The notes under the pieces were generated by a model. It ran no database searches, had not been told where the DNA came from, and was given only the letters and a program-made list of their open reading frames with translations. Shown here piece by piece: positions 8,514 to 18,420 of a stretch of DNA of 64,000 nt (position 1 is the stretch's first letter; every line of letters starts with the position of its first letter). This stretch comes from Yoonia sp. (lineage in GTDB: Bacteria > Pseudomonadota > Alphaproteobacteria > Rhodobacterales > Rhodobacteraceae): NCBI RefSeq assembly GCF_046498525.1, contig NZ_JAWOAN010000097.1:2567-66566 (forward strand), given 5' to 3'. A program made the translations under genes and the position numbers.

Positions 8514-8735
8514 TTATGACCGCAAAGTCAGTAACCTTCCTTTGATGGTGATGCCGCCATTCTCAAGCTGCGGAAACGCATCCGCACCGCCCGATCCAAA
8601 CTCCCGGACCCATCTGCGCAGTACCGTCGCATGCACGTCCAGATCCCTTGCAGCCTGTGCCACGCGCACGCCGCGCACCGCGACAGGCTGTGCCGCCTCA
8701 CGCTTAAACTCAGGGCTGAATATTCTTGTCGTCAT
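8514..8735 (-). mobile_element. IS3-family transposase orfA fragment (IS remnant)
   Basis: MTTRIFSPEFKREAAQPVAVRGVRVAQAARDLDVHATVLRRWVREFGSGGADAFP matches the IS3/IS911 OrfA HTH region, then degenerates after about 55 aa. No orfB or terminal repeats were seen. Confidence 0.65.
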
Positions 8736-8837
8736 TGCTGTTCTCCAATCTCATAAACACCTTTATCTCGGCGTCCATGAAACCGGCAGCAGCTCGGTAA
8801 CCCGCAGGTTGCTCCGGAGTTCGAGGCAATCGATTGA

Positions 8838-10142
8838 TCAGGTCTCGCGGAATGCCTTTGTGAAATAGTCGGCCAGCGGTTTGATCAGGAAATCCAGAGG
8901 ACTGCGATCTGCGGTCCGTACAAATGCCTCGACCGGCATGCCGGGAATGAGTGTCATATCCGATGGCAAACGCGCTATCTGACCCTCATCAAGCTGGACT
9001 TCGGCACGGTAATACGACAGCCCGGATGTTTCATTCTGGAAGGCATCTGCAGACACCAGCGTGACTTTGCCTTCCAGTTCAGGTGTGCGCCGCTGGTCAA
9101 AAGCGGAAAAACGCAGGGTCACATTCTGGCCCACGTAGATCTGGTCGATATCCACAATCTCTACCTGTGCCGCGATAATCAACGGACGATCTTGCGGGAT
9201 CAAAAAGAGCACCGCATCAGCGGGGCGGATCACGGATTGAGGCGCAAAAATCTGCAGGCCGTAGACGATACCGGACACCGGCGCACGGATATCGAGCCGG
9301 TCAAGCTGGCGGCGCAGTGTGCGCCGCCGTTCCGACAGTTCCAGTTCGTTGAATTGCAGGTCGCGCAGCCGCGTGATGGCCTCTTCGCGGCGGGTCGAGG
9401 ACAAACCAAGGATTTGCAGTTCAATCTCTGTCATCCGCTCGGCTGCTTGCGCGGATTGCGCCGTCAGTTCGCCCACCCTGCCCAGCAGGCTCGCCGCTTC
9501 GCGTTGCAGCGCCAGCACGCGGCTGGCCTGTGCAAGCCCGCGGTCCAACAGGCTTTGCTGATCGGCCAGTTCCTGCGCGATCAGGTCGCGTTGGGTGGAA
9601 AGCGCCTTTTGCTGTGCTGTGATCCCAACGAGCTGACTGGCGATCTGTGCGCGCTGCTGGGTCAGTTGCTCGACAGCACTGCGGTTCGTCTCAAGACGCG
9701 CTTGAAGCAAACGCTCTTGTCCCTCCATCAGGCTCTGCGCCTCTGGTGTTCCGGCCTCCAGCAAGACATCGCTGAATGTCAGTGCCGGCGCACCGTCGCG
9801 CTCTGCCTCTAGCCGGGCGCGGCGCGCGAGGATCTCGAAAAGCTGCCCTTCAACGACCGCAAGTTCCGATTGCAGCGTTGTCGCATCCAGACGCAAAAGC
9901 AGGTCACCTTCCCGCACCGTGTCCCCTTCATTAACGATGATTTCCTCCACGACACCACCGTCCGGATGCTGGACAACCTGTCTGTTCCGCTCAACTTCGA
10001 TCTGGCCCGATGCGATCACCGCGCCGGATATTTGCGCCATGACGGCCCATGAGCCAAAGCCACCGACAAGGACCAACAGGGTCAGACCGCCAATCGCCAT
10101 GTGCTTGAGGACCGGCCAGCGCGCCGTGGTATCGGTCGTCAT
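8838..10142 (-). CDS. Type I secretion membrane fusion protein (HlyD/AprE family)
   Basis: 434 aa: N-terminal TM helix, long coiled-coil region, and a C-terminus …LIPGMPVEAFVRTADRSPLDFLIKPL typical of HlyD-family T1SS adaptors. ATGA overlap with the upstream ABC gene. Confidence 0.85.
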   Translation of the reverse strand: MTTDTTARWPVLKHMAIGGLTLLVLVGGFGSWAVMAQISGAVIASGQIEVERNRQVVQHPDGGVVEEIIVNEGDTVREGDLLLRLDATTLQSELAVVEGQLFEILARRARLEAERDGAPALTFSDVLLEAGTPEAQSLMEGQERLLQARLETNRSAVEQLTQQRAQIASQLVGITAQQKALSTQRDLIAQELADQQSLLDRGLAQASRVLALQREAASLLGRVGELTAQSAQAAERMTEIELQILGLSSTRREEAITRLRDLQFNELELSERRRTLRRQLDRLDIRAPVSGIVYGLQIFAPQSVIRPADAVLFLIPQDRPLIIAAQVEIVDIDQIYVGQNVTLRFSAFDQRRTPELEGKVTLVSADAFQNETSGLSYYRAEVQLDEGQIARLPSDMTLIPGMPVEAFVRTADRSPLDFLIKPLADYFTKAFRET

Positions 10143-11878
10143 GATACCCCTCCTGCTTTGCCGGTACTGCGTTTGATATCACCATGATTTTTAACTATCT
10201 CGGCCAGAACTTCGTCCTTTGGTCCAAAAGCCCGCCGCGCGCCGTTTTCAAGGACCAGTAAGAGATCACATTCCTGAATGGCGGAAGGCCGGTGCGCCAT
10301 GATGAAGACAACCCTTCCTTTGGCCTTGAGCGCCTTGATCGCCTTGTTCAGCGCGGTCGATCCGTCATTATCAAGGTTCGAATTCGGCTCATCCAGAACA
10401 ACAATCACCGGATCACCGTAAAGCGCACGCGCAAGACCTATGCGTTGGATCTGGCCACCCGACAATCGCCCACTCGTCGCTGAAATGCGGGTGTCGTATC
10501 CATCGGGAAATTTCAGGATCATCTCGTGGGCGTCGGCAGTCTTGGCGGCGGCAATGACCTCGGCATCGTCAGGCGTCATTGACATGCGTGCGATGTTTTC
10601 CTTGATCGTCCCGTCAAAAAGCTGCACCCGTTGCGGCAGATAGCCGACATGCTGCCCCAGAACATCAGGGTCATATTGATCAAGTGCCGCCCCATCGAGC
10701 CTGATCTTGCCCCCTGCAGGTCTCCAGACCCCTGTCAGCACCCGCGCCAATGTCGATTTGCCCGCACCCGATGTGCCGATGACGCCGACCGCTTGTCCGG
10801 GTGCTACGGTAAAACTGATCATACGAAGTGCTGCCTGCTGTTCGCCGGGCGGCACGACGGTGACTTGGTCGGCGACAATTTTGGCTTGCGGTTTCGGGAG
10901 TTCAGTGCGCGGTTCATCCGGCGGGATATGACCCAAAAGCACCGAAAGGTTCCGCCATCCTTCGCGCGCGCGCTGGAACAGGGCCCATTGCCCAACCAAG
11001 AGTTCGATCGGCGCAAGTGCGCGGCCCAACAAGATTGAACCGGCGATCATGGCGCCCGGCGAGAGTTCGTTCATCAAGACAAGATATGCCCCCAGACCCA
11101 GCATCGCCGATTGCAGAAAAAGCCGGAATGACTTGGTCAATGCAGTGAACGTTCCCGACGCATCGGCCGCCTCAATCGTCGTGTCCAGCGATCTGCCACG
11201 CGCGATTTGCCAACGGTCAAAGGCGGCCCCACGCATTCCCAGTGAATGCACCATTTCACTTTCGCTACGGATATGCGCGCCCAGTTGTTCAGATGCGAAG
11301 CCCGCGGCATTTGCAGCTTCAAGCGGTTTGCGTGTCGTAAGCTGGTTGAGCAACGCCACAAGAAGCAGCACCACGGCCCCAGCGACCGCGAGGATACCCA
11401 TCAGCGGATGAAAGATGAAGATGCCCAGAAAAAAGAGCGGCACCCATGGCAGATCAAAAAGCGCCATCAGCGCAGGCGACGTGATCAGGCGCTGAACAGC
11501 CTCCAGATCGCGCAGGCCGGTTGCCGCCTCACGCGGCGCGCGGTTCAACGTGGTCGCCTTGAGCACCGCACCAAAGACCCGCCGATCCAGACTGGCCTGA
11601 AACCGCGCCCCGACGCGACCCATGATCCTGCCGCGTACAAAATCCAGAATACCCATCATGGCATAAAGGAAGGCGACCAAGACCGACAACGCAATCAGCG
11701 TCTCGAACGACCGCGAACTAAGAACACGGTCATAAATATTGAGCATGTAAAGCGGTCCGGTCAGCATCAACAGGTTCACGAAAAAACTGAAGATAGCGAC
11801 CATCCAGTACAAGGACCGACTTTCCTTGCGCGTGGCAATGAGTTCTGCACGGCCTTTCGCTACGTGTTCGTCAGACAT
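10139..11878 (-). CDS. Type I secretion ABC permease/ATPase (PrtD/AprD type, no C39 peptidase domain)
   Basis: Six-TM domain plus an NBD with [29 protein letters not shown] and VVLDEPNSNLD. ATG at 11878 is preceded by GAGGA. Confidence 0.85.
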   Translation of the reverse strand: MSDEHVAKGRAELIATRKESRSLYWMVAIFSFFVNLLMLTGPLYMLNIYDRVLSSRSFETLIALSVLVAFLYAMMGILDFVRGRIMGRVGARFQASLDRRVFGAVLKATTLNRAPREAATGLRDLEAVQRLITSPALMALFDLPWVPLFFLGIFIFHPLMGILAVAGAVVLLLVALLNQLTTRKPLEAANAAGFASEQLGAHIRSESEMVHSLGMRGAAFDRWQIARGRSLDTTIEAADASGTFTALTKSFRLFLQSAMLGLGAYLVLMNELSPGAMIAGSILLGRALAPIELLVGQWALFQRAREGWRNLSVLLGHIPPDEPRTELPKPQAKIVADQVTVVPPGEQQAALRMISFTVAPGQAVGVIGTSGAGKSTLARVLTGVWRPAGGKIRLDGAALDQYDPDVLGQHVGYLPQRVQLFDGTIKENIARMSMTPDDAEVIAAAKTADAHEMILKFPDGYDTRISATSGRLSGGQIQRIGLARALYGDPVIVVLDEPNSNLDNDGSTALNKAIKALKAKGRVVFIMAHRPSAIQECDLLLVLENGARRAFGPKDEVLAEIVKNHGDIKRSTGKAGGVS

Positions 11879-12075
11879 GCTCGTCCTCACATTGTATCAT
11901 TTTTGCACAAAATCTCTTCATGACGCGATAGCGGAAACTACCACGCAGCGTTGCCGTCGAAAGACAAGGCCGGCGCACGAACGAACCGAAAACAATAGCA
12001 TCTTCGCCTTGTCACCCTGCTATCACAAGCCTCTTTCACAAACGGGCAGCGGCACGCAAAAGCGTCTGAAAGGTC

Positions 12076-12447
12076 TCATGTGTCGTGTTCGGACTCTGGT
12101 ACGCCGAGAGTGGACCAATTATCGTCCTTTGGCGGCGCGGGCGGTGGATCACAGGCGCGGCCATGGATATTCACCTTGCCAATGAAGTTGGCCGAAATTG
12201 GTGCCGTCACGAACAGGAACACCATGATCAACAGTTCATGCGTGGACGGTTTGCCGATATCAAACGAATGAATGATCGAGGCGACAAGGAGCATCCCGAT
12301 CCCGATCGTCCCGACTTTGGTGGGTGCATGCAGCCGGGTCATAGGGTCGTTGAATTTCAAAAGGCCGATGGCACCGACCAAAACAAACCCCGATCCGATC
12401 ATCAGGGACAGGCTCACGATGTAAGTTCCGATAATTTGCGCGGTCAT
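12076..12447 (-). CDS. mrpG: Mrp/Pha monovalent cation:proton antiporter subunit G
   Basis: …GAIGLLKFNDPMTRLHAPTKVGTIG… is the MnhG/PhaG hallmark. Last gene of the operon. Confidence 0.85.
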   Translation of the reverse strand: MTAQIIGTYIVSLSLMIGSGFVLVGAIGLLKFNDPMTRLHAPTKVGTIGIGMLLVASIIHSFDIGKPSTHELLIMVFLFVTAPISANFIGKVNIHGRACDPPPAPPKDDNWSTLGVPESEHDT

Positions 12448-12731
12448 TCGATGATATCTCCCCGCAGGATAAACCGCGCCAAGGCAACGGTTGAAACAAA
12501 GCCCAGCATCGCAATCAGCAAGGCCACTTCAAAATAGATCTGCACGCCCTGATGAATGCCCAAGACAATCACAAGCCCCAGCGCATTTATCACCATCGTA
12601 TCCAGCGCCAAGACCCGATCCCCCGAAGTAGGACCCACAATCAGACGCACCATGGACATGACTTGCCCAAGCGCTAGCGCAAGAAACGTGATCACCACTG
12701 CGATATTTAAAATTTGCGTAGCAAATATCAT
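12444..12731 (-). CDS. mrpF: Mrp/Pha antiporter subunit F
   Basis: 95-aa, 3-TM protein …IVGPTSGDRVLALDTMVIN… is MnhF-like. 4-nt overlaps on both sides. Confidence 0.85.
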   Translation of the reverse strand: MIFATQILNIAVVITFLALALGQVMSMVRLIVGPTSGDRVLALDTMVINALGLVIVLGIHQGVQIYFEVALLIAMLGFVSTVALARFILRGDIIE

Positions 12732-13228
12732 GCGAAAATCTCCAGTAGCCGGGCCTCGTATCGGTTGATGATATCGTCGCGCACTGCATCGGGGTCATCT
12801 GTATGCAAGACATGAACCAACAAGCTGTGACCCTGATCCGAAAGGTCGGTCGAAACCGTGCCGGGTGTGAGCGTAATTGTACCGGCCAGCAAAGTGATTG
12901 CCTCGGGTTCGCGCAGCCTCAGCGGTACGATGATCCATGCAGGTTTCAGCTTTGCCGTCGGAACTGTCAGCACGATCCAGGCCACCTCGATATTCGCGAC
13001 GATAATATCCCAAATCACGATGATGCTGTAGATCATCATTTTCCCTACGCTGAAACTGTTTGGCGTGTCAGGCCACCAGACAGAGGTACCCCACGGGATG
13101 ATGACACCAAGGATGAATCCGAACACAACCATCCCGCCCGAGATATCGTTTTGCAGCAGCATCCAGACGATCGTCAGGATCAGCGTCAAAAGCGGGTGCG
13201 GGATCAGCCAATGGAATGCACGTGCCAT
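12728..13228 (-). CDS. mrpE: Mrp/Pha antiporter subunit E
   Basis: The MnhE-like sequence starts at MARAFHWLIPHPLL (ATG 13228), directly after the mrpD stop. The longer ORF to 13351 overlaps mrpD and is rejected. Confidence 0.8.
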   Translation of the reverse strand: MARAFHWLIPHPLLTLILTIVWMLLQNDISGGMVVFGFILGVIIPWGTSVWWPDTPNSFSVGKMMIYSIIVIWDIIVANIEVAWIVLTVPTAKLKPAWIIVPLRLREPEAITLLAGTITLTPGTVSTDLSDQGHSLLVHVLHTDDPDAVRDDIINRYEARLLEIFA

Positions 13229-13229
13229 A

Positions 13230-14771
13230 TCATTGATCTTCCGTAGGTTTGCTGAGTTTGCCCGGCGTATCGACGACGGTCGAAATATAAGGCTCGGGAT
13301 TGAACAACTGGGCTGCGATTGACGTTGTATAGCGATGCACATGCCCTGCAAAGACAGTATGCAAGACCAGGAGCATGATCAGCCCGCCGATCGCGACATA
13401 ACACATTTTTCCGGGTGGCTCCGCTTTTGCAATATCCTCCGGCGGCGTCACGCTTTGCGCTTTCCAGAACAAGACGCTACCGGCACGGGCGAACCCGACG
13501 ATGCTGATCAGGCTGGAACCCAAGACAACAGCCCAGATCCAGACCATCGTATCGGTGCCGAATGCCGCATCAAGCACCAGAAGCTTGCCCAGGAACCCCG
13601 ACAAAGGCGGCAACCCCGCCATCGCAATTGCAGCCACAAAGAACAAACTGGCCGTGATCGTCGCACCGGCAACGGGCGCTTGGGGTGTCAGCGCAAGGTC
13701 TGCGCGTCCGGAACGGACCAGATCGACGATCAGGAAAAGCGCGGCACCCGCGAATGTCGAATGCACGATGTAATAAAGCGCGGCCGCGATCCCCTCTGGT
13801 GAAAAGAGCGCGATAGACACCAAGACCATCCCCATCGATCCGATGATAGAAAATGCCACCAGCCGGTCGAACCTTTTGGCCGCCAGTACACCGACCATCC
13901 CGATCGAAAGCGAAACCAGCGCAGCGGGCAGTAGCCATGTGTTATGCAACCCCGCCGTGACTTCAAGATCAGGGGGAAAGACCAGCGTATAGACACGAAT
14001 AATCGCGTAGGCCCCGACTTTGGTCATGATTGCGAACAGCGCTGCGACCGGTGCCGGCGCCTCAGCATAGCTGGAAGGCAACCAGAAATGCAGCGGAACA
14101 AGGGCTGCTTTGATTGCGAAGACAAGCAACAACAAGACGGCGGCAACGCGAATACCGACAGTCTCTTCCGGGCTGATCAGCGCCACCCGATTTGCCAGAT
14201 CAGCCATGTTGAGCGTACCGGTTTCGGCATAGATCGAGCCCAGCGCGAAAAGGAACAGTGTCGAACCGATGAGGTTGAAAAGCACATACTGCACACCGGC
14301 GCGCAATCTGACAGTGCCACCGGCATGGATCATGAGACCGTAGGACGCGATCAGCAAAACCTCGAAAAACACGAAAAGGTTAAACAGGTCTCCGGTCAGG
14401 AACGCGCCCAGTATCCCCATCAACTGGAACTGGAACAGCGCATGGAAATGCCACCCCCTATCGTCCCAGCCCGAACTGATCGCGTATATCAGCACAAAGA
14501 GCGCCAGAACCGAGGTGAGCAGGATCATCATGGTCGATAAACTGTCCCCGACCAGAACAATACCGAACGGGGCCGCCCAATTGCCCAACTGGTAGAGCAG
14601 GATCGTTCCATCAGATGTGGCCCAAGCCAAGCCGCCGGAAATCGCGACCAGAATCAAAACACCCGCGATCGAAAACACCCGTTGGATGCCGATATGATAG
14701 CGCGCTGCCAGCACGATGAACGGGGCCAACATCGCAGGCAAGATGACTGGTGCGATAAGCCAATGAGTCAT
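13230..14771 (-). CDS. mrpD: Mrp/Pha antiporter subunit D (NuoN/NuoM-like)
   Basis: 513-aa polytopic protein with NADH-quinone oxidoreductase chain M/N-like motifs (…FFEVLLIASYGLM…PLHFWLPSSYAEAPAPVAALF…). Confidence 0.9.
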   Translation of the reverse strand: MTHWLIAPVILPAMLAPFIVLAARYHIGIQRVFSIAGVLILVAISGGLAWATSDGTILLYQLGNWAAPFGIVLVGDSLSTMMILLTSVLALFVLIYAISSGWDDRGWHFHALFQFQLMGILGAFLTGDLFNLFVFFEVLLIASYGLMIHAGGTVRLRAGVQYVLFNLIGSTLFLFALGSIYAETGTLNMADLANRVALISPEETVGIRVAAVLLLLVFAIKAALVPLHFWLPSSYAEAPAPVAALFAIMTKVGAYAIIRVYTLVFPPDLEVTAGLHNTWLLPAALVSLSIGMVGVLAAKRFDRLVAFSIIGSMGMVLVSIALFSPEGIAAALYYIVHSTFAGAALFLIVDLVRSGRADLALTPQAPVAGATITASLFFVAAIAMAGLPPLSGFLGKLLVLDAAFGTDTMVWIWAVVLGSSLISIVGFARAGSVLFWKAQSVTPPEDIAKAEPPGKMCYVAIGGLIMLLVLHTVFAGHVHRYTTSIAAQLFNPEPYISTVVDTPGKLSKPTEDQ

Positions 14772-15124
14772 GCCGATCCCTCCGGCTTGTCTTGGGATGC
14801 GTCGGGTTGATCATCCACATGGTCATCGTCAGATCCAAGGAAGGCCCCCAGAGCGATCATAACAACGACAGCCGTCATACCGAATGAAATCACAATCGCC
14901 GTGAGCACGAGCGCTTGCGGCAACGGGTCTGTATAAGTCGTGATGTTGTCACGCAACACCGGCGGCGCACCCACGACGAGACGACCAGACGTGAACAGAA
15001 AGACGTTCACCGCATAGGTCAGCAACGAGATCCCCAAAATCACCGGAAACGTACGCAACCGCAGCAAAAGATAAATACCTGCGGCGGTCATGGTGCCGAT
15101 AGCCGAAGCAATGAGAAATTCCAT
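14768..15124 (-). CDS. mrpC: Mrp/Pha antiporter subunit C (NuoK-like)
   Basis: MEFLIASAIGTMTAAGIYLLLRLRTFPVILG… is MnhC-like. The ATG at 15124 abuts the mrpA/B stop at 15126. Confidence 0.85.
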   Translation of the reverse strand: MEFLIASAIGTMTAAGIYLLLRLRTFPVILGISLLTYAVNVFLFTSGRLVVGAPPVLRDNITTYTDPLPQALVLTAIVISFGMTAVVVMIALGAFLGSDDDHVDDQPDASQDKPEGSA

Positions 15125-15125
15125 G

Positions 15126-17996
15126 CTACACGCCCTCCTGCACGGTTCGCTGAGGCGGTGCATCTCTGGATGGGTCAACATCCATCGGATAGTCGCTTGG
15201 GGTGCTCCCACTGCGGCGGGCCAGACGCGAGAAACTCTCGAGTGACAACATCACAGCGCCCACGACGGAGAGGAACACGCCCACATCAAAAAGCGCCGCC
15301 GTCGCAAGCTCGAACTTCTCGAAAGGAGGAATACGCACATACATGAAATCGGAGGTCAGGAACGGCTTGTCGACAAACCAAGAGCCGATCCCCGTCAAAC
15401 CAGCGACAAGCACCCCTGCACCGATCACACCGTGATAGGGATATCTCAACCGCGCGGCAGTCCATGCAAAACCACTGGCCATATACTGCATCACGACCCC
15501 GATTGACACAATCAGACCCGCGATAAATCCGCCACCGGGTTCGTTGTGACCACTCAGGAAAATATAGAAACCAACCATCATGACCACAGGCATCATTCCG
15601 CGGGTCAGCACAACCATCATCATCGGATGGACGCCACCCGCCTGCGGCTGATCGGGCCTGCGCTTCAAAAGCCGCGCCCCGACAGGCCCGTTTAGCAAAG
15701 ATACCGTCAAGGCATAGATCAACAGGGCGGCGATGCTCAGCACGATAATCTCGCCAAAGGTATCAAAACCACGGAAGTCGACCAGAATGACGTTCACCAC
15801 ATTGGTACCGCCGCCGCCCTTGTAGGAATTCTCGAGATGAAACTCTGAAATCGCCGTGCCGACCGGATCACGCAGCATATAATAATAGGCCAGCGCAAAG
15901 CTTGCCAATCCGCCGGCAACCGCCACAGCGATATCGCGCATCCGCCGCAAGACGGTGCTTTCGACAGGGGTCCGGTTGGGCAGAAAGTTCAGGGCCAAAA
16001 GCAACAGGATGATCGTGACCACCTCGACCGTGAACTGGGTCATCGCAAGGTCAGGTGCGCTCAGAAAGACAAACCCGATTGATACCATAAGGCCCACGAT
16101 CCCGATCAGGATCAATGACAGGAAACGGTTGCGATGCAGGAAGACCATGCCGATGGTTGCCGCAACCAACATGCCCCAGCCAGAAATCAGAACGGGGTCC
16201 GCAGCCTGCATCTGATGCATCGGTACGCCGACTGTTCCGGTGACCCATGCGTAGTATCCGGCCACGACGATCACGACGGTGCCGATGGCGGCGTAGCGTG
16301 AGAACGCGCCGTTATGAAGCGGCAATATCAATACTTGGGACAGCTTAACAGCGACGGCAACCACGGCCTCGAAGGCCGTCTTGGCTTCCGGCCGCGGCAA
16401 GGCATCCCACACACGCAGGGCGGGCTTGAAGACCGCCAGCATGACCAGACCGCCGGTTACGGCGATGATAGACATATAAAGTGCTGGCACCAATCCGTGC
16501 CAAAGCTTGAGATGCGCCGACGGCAGGTCTGCCGCCTCGCCAAGCACAGCGGCAGTGACCAGTCTAACGAAAGGCTCTGCAACGAAAGGGGCCACACCAA
16601 TCAATACCACCGGTATGATTAAAAGCGCAGGCGGCAGCCACATCCCGACAGGCGGATCATGCGGTTTGGCAGGATAATCATCACGCACAGGGCCGAAAAA
16701 CACATGACTGATCAGGCGGAAACAATAGGCCGCAGAAAACAGCGAACCAACCGTCGCCAGCACAGGAACCAGCAAGGGGCTGTTGAAAAGAACTGTGTGG
16801 TTGGCCTCTTCCAGCATCATTTCCTTGGACAGAAAGCCATTGAGCAGTGGAATGCCGGCCATGGACAGGGCCGCAAGCACCACGATCACAAAAGTCACCG
16901 GCATCAAGGTGCGCAAACCTCCCAAACGCCTGATGTCACGGGTGTGGGCCTCATGGTCGATGATGCCCGCAGACATGAACAATGCCGCCTTGAACGTGGC
17001 GTGATTGAGGATGTGAAAGACCGCCGCCATGGCACCAAACGCCGTTCCGGTGCCCAGCAGCATGGTGATCAGACCCAGATGACTGACCGTGGAAAAGGCA
17101 AGCAGGGCCTTGAGATCATGTTTGAAAAGCGCAATCACCGCCCCCAAAACCATGGTCACCAATCCGGCCGTCGTGACGATCACGAACCATTCGGTCGTAC
17201 CAGACAAAACAGGCCACATTCGTGCCATCAGGAAGATACCGGCCTTTACCATCGTGGCAGAGTGCAGATAGGCCGAAACCGGCGTCGGAGCCGCCATCGC
17301 GTGCGGCAGCCAGAAATGGAACGGAAACTGGGCCGATTTGGTAAAACACCCCAGCAAAATCAGAATCAGCGCGGGCACATAAAGCGGATCGGCCTGAATA
17401 AGGTCACGGTTCTGCAAAATGACGCTGAGGTCATAGCTTCCCACGATTTGCCCCAGGATCAGCATCCCACCGATCATCGCAAGCCCGCCCATACCCGTCA
17501 CAGTCAGCGCCATCCGCGCTCCCTGTCGGCCTTCGGGAAGGTGCTTCCAGTAACCGATCAACAGGAATGACGAGAGCGAAGTCAGCTCCCAGAAGATCAG
17601 CAAAAGCAGGATGTTATCGCTCAGAACGATACCCACCATCGCGCCCTGAAAGAGCAGCAGATAGGTAAAGAACTCGCCCATATTGTCGGCGCGACTCAGA
17701 TACTGCCGCGCATATGCGATGATCAAAAGGCCGATTCCGAGGATCAACAAGGCAAAGAAAAATCCCAGTCCATCAAGCATGAGCGTAAAGTTCAGCCCAA
17801 GTGCGGGCATCCAGTCGATGCGCGCGGTCACGATGTCACCGGCAATGATAGCTGGCAGGTTCGTCAGCAAGCCGACAAAAGCGGTTAATGTCACGGTAAA
17901 CGTAACGCCTGCACAGGCGGACCTGCCAGCAGAATTCATCAAGCCGGGAAGCAAAGCACCAAAGAATGGCAATGCGACGATAAAAAAGAGGGACAC
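15126..17996 (-). CDS. mrpA: Mrp/Pha antiporter fused subunit A/B (PhaAB type)
   Basis: About 956-aa polytopic protein with a NuoL-like N-terminal part and a MnhB-like C-terminal part, as in group-2 six-gene Mrp operons. Start chosen at GTG 17996 (…GGGAGTTACC GTG TCC CTC TTT → SLFFIVALPFFG). Confidence 0.85.
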   Translation of the reverse strand: MSLFFIVALPFFGALLPGLMNSAGRSACAGVTFTVTLTAFVGLLTNLPAIIAGDIVTARIDWMPALGLNFTLMLDGLGFFFALLILGIGLLIIAYARQYLSRADNMGEFFTYLLLFQGAMVGIVLSDNILLLLIFWELTSLSSFLLIGYWKHLPEGRQGARMALTVTGMGGLAMIGGMLILGQIVGSYDLSVILQNRDLIQADPLYVPALILILLGCFTKSAQFPFHFWLPHAMAAPTPVSAYLHSATMVKAGIFLMARMWPVLSGTTEWFVIVTTAGLVTMVLGAVIALFKHDLKALLAFSTVSHLGLITMLLGTGTAFGAMAAVFHILNHATFKAALFMSAGIIDHEAHTRDIRRLGGLRTLMPVTFVIVVLAALSMAGIPLLNGFLSKEMMLEEANHTVLFNSPLLVPVLATVGSLFSAAYCFRLISHVFFGPVRDDYPAKPHDPPVGMWLPPALLIIPVVLIGVAPFVAEPFVRLVTAAVLGEAADLPSAHLKLWHGLVPALYMSIIAVTGGLVMLAVFKPALRVWDALPRPEAKTAFEAVVAVAVKLSQVLILPLHNGAFSRYAAIGTVVIVVAGYYAWVTGTVGVPMHQMQAADPVLISGWGMLVAATIGMVFLHRNRFLSLILIGIVGLMVSIGFVFLSAPDLAMTQFTVEVVTIILLLLALNFLPNRTPVESTVLRRMRDIAVAVAGGLASFALAYYYMLRDPVGTAISEFHLENSYKGGGGTNVVNVILVDFRGFDTFGEIIVLSIAALLIYALTVSLLNGPVGARLLKRRPDQPQAGGVHPMMMVVLTRGMMPVVMMVGFYIFLSGHNEPGGGFIAGLIVSIGVVMQYMASGFAWTAARLRYPYHGVIGAGVLVAGLTGIGSWFVDKPFLTSDFMYVRIPPFEKFELATAALFDVGVFLSVVGAVMLSLESFSRLARRSGSTPSDYPMDVDPSRDAPPQRTVQEGV

Positions 17997-18385
17997 GGTA
18001 ACTCCCGAAATTTTAGATGATGAATGTGTGACCAAAGCGGACGGGCTTGAAAAGGGAGAAATGCAATAATTTTGTCTCTTTCGGGCCTTCATGTCTCAGC
18101 AAACGGATCAGTCTCGGGCGTTAGGGCTTATTGCGCCAGATTTGGTTCGGCACGATACCTGTACTTGACCAAGTGCGTCTCGAATATCCGCAAGTTATTG
18201 ATTTCAAGTATGTCGTCCAAGGATCTGGGAGATCGGATGTATGATGAAACTTTTCCGCCCTGAAGCTTGCAGGTCTTGAGCCTCAGACCCGCAGTAGTTG
18301 CCTTTTTACCCGACCCGGTCTTGATAAAACGACAGCGCGACCTTGCACATTCCAAAATGCCGCGGGCAGTGTAAGCAAACCTGTC

Positions 18386-18414
18386 TTGCAAGCTGGATAT
18401 TTAGAACATAACAT
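18386..18414 (+). promoter_or_regulatory. Candidate sigma-70-type promoter giving a leaderless mRNA
   Basis: TTGCAA (18386-18391), 17 nt, TAACAT (18409-18414). The A of the ATG at 18421 is 7 nt downstream and no Shine-Dalgarno is present. Overlaps the SOS box. Confidence 0.35.
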
Positions 18415-18418
18415 GAAC
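18404..18418 (+). promoter_or_regulatory. Alphaproteobacterial LexA (SOS) box GAAC-N7-GAAC
   Basis: GAACATAACATGAAC is an exact match to the direct-repeat GTTC-N7-GTTC / GAAC-N7-GAAC motif described for Rhodobacter, Rhizobium and Caulobacter LexA. It ends 3 nt before the radical SAM start codon. Confidence 0.7.
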
Positions 18419-18420
18419 AT

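Noticed and set aside
8374-8868. 164-aa plus-strand ORF spanning the IS3 fragment region.
   Set aside because: It is antisense to the IS3 orfA fragment and the HlyD 3' end, has Ser/Arg/Thr-rich low-complexity sequence, and has no RBS.
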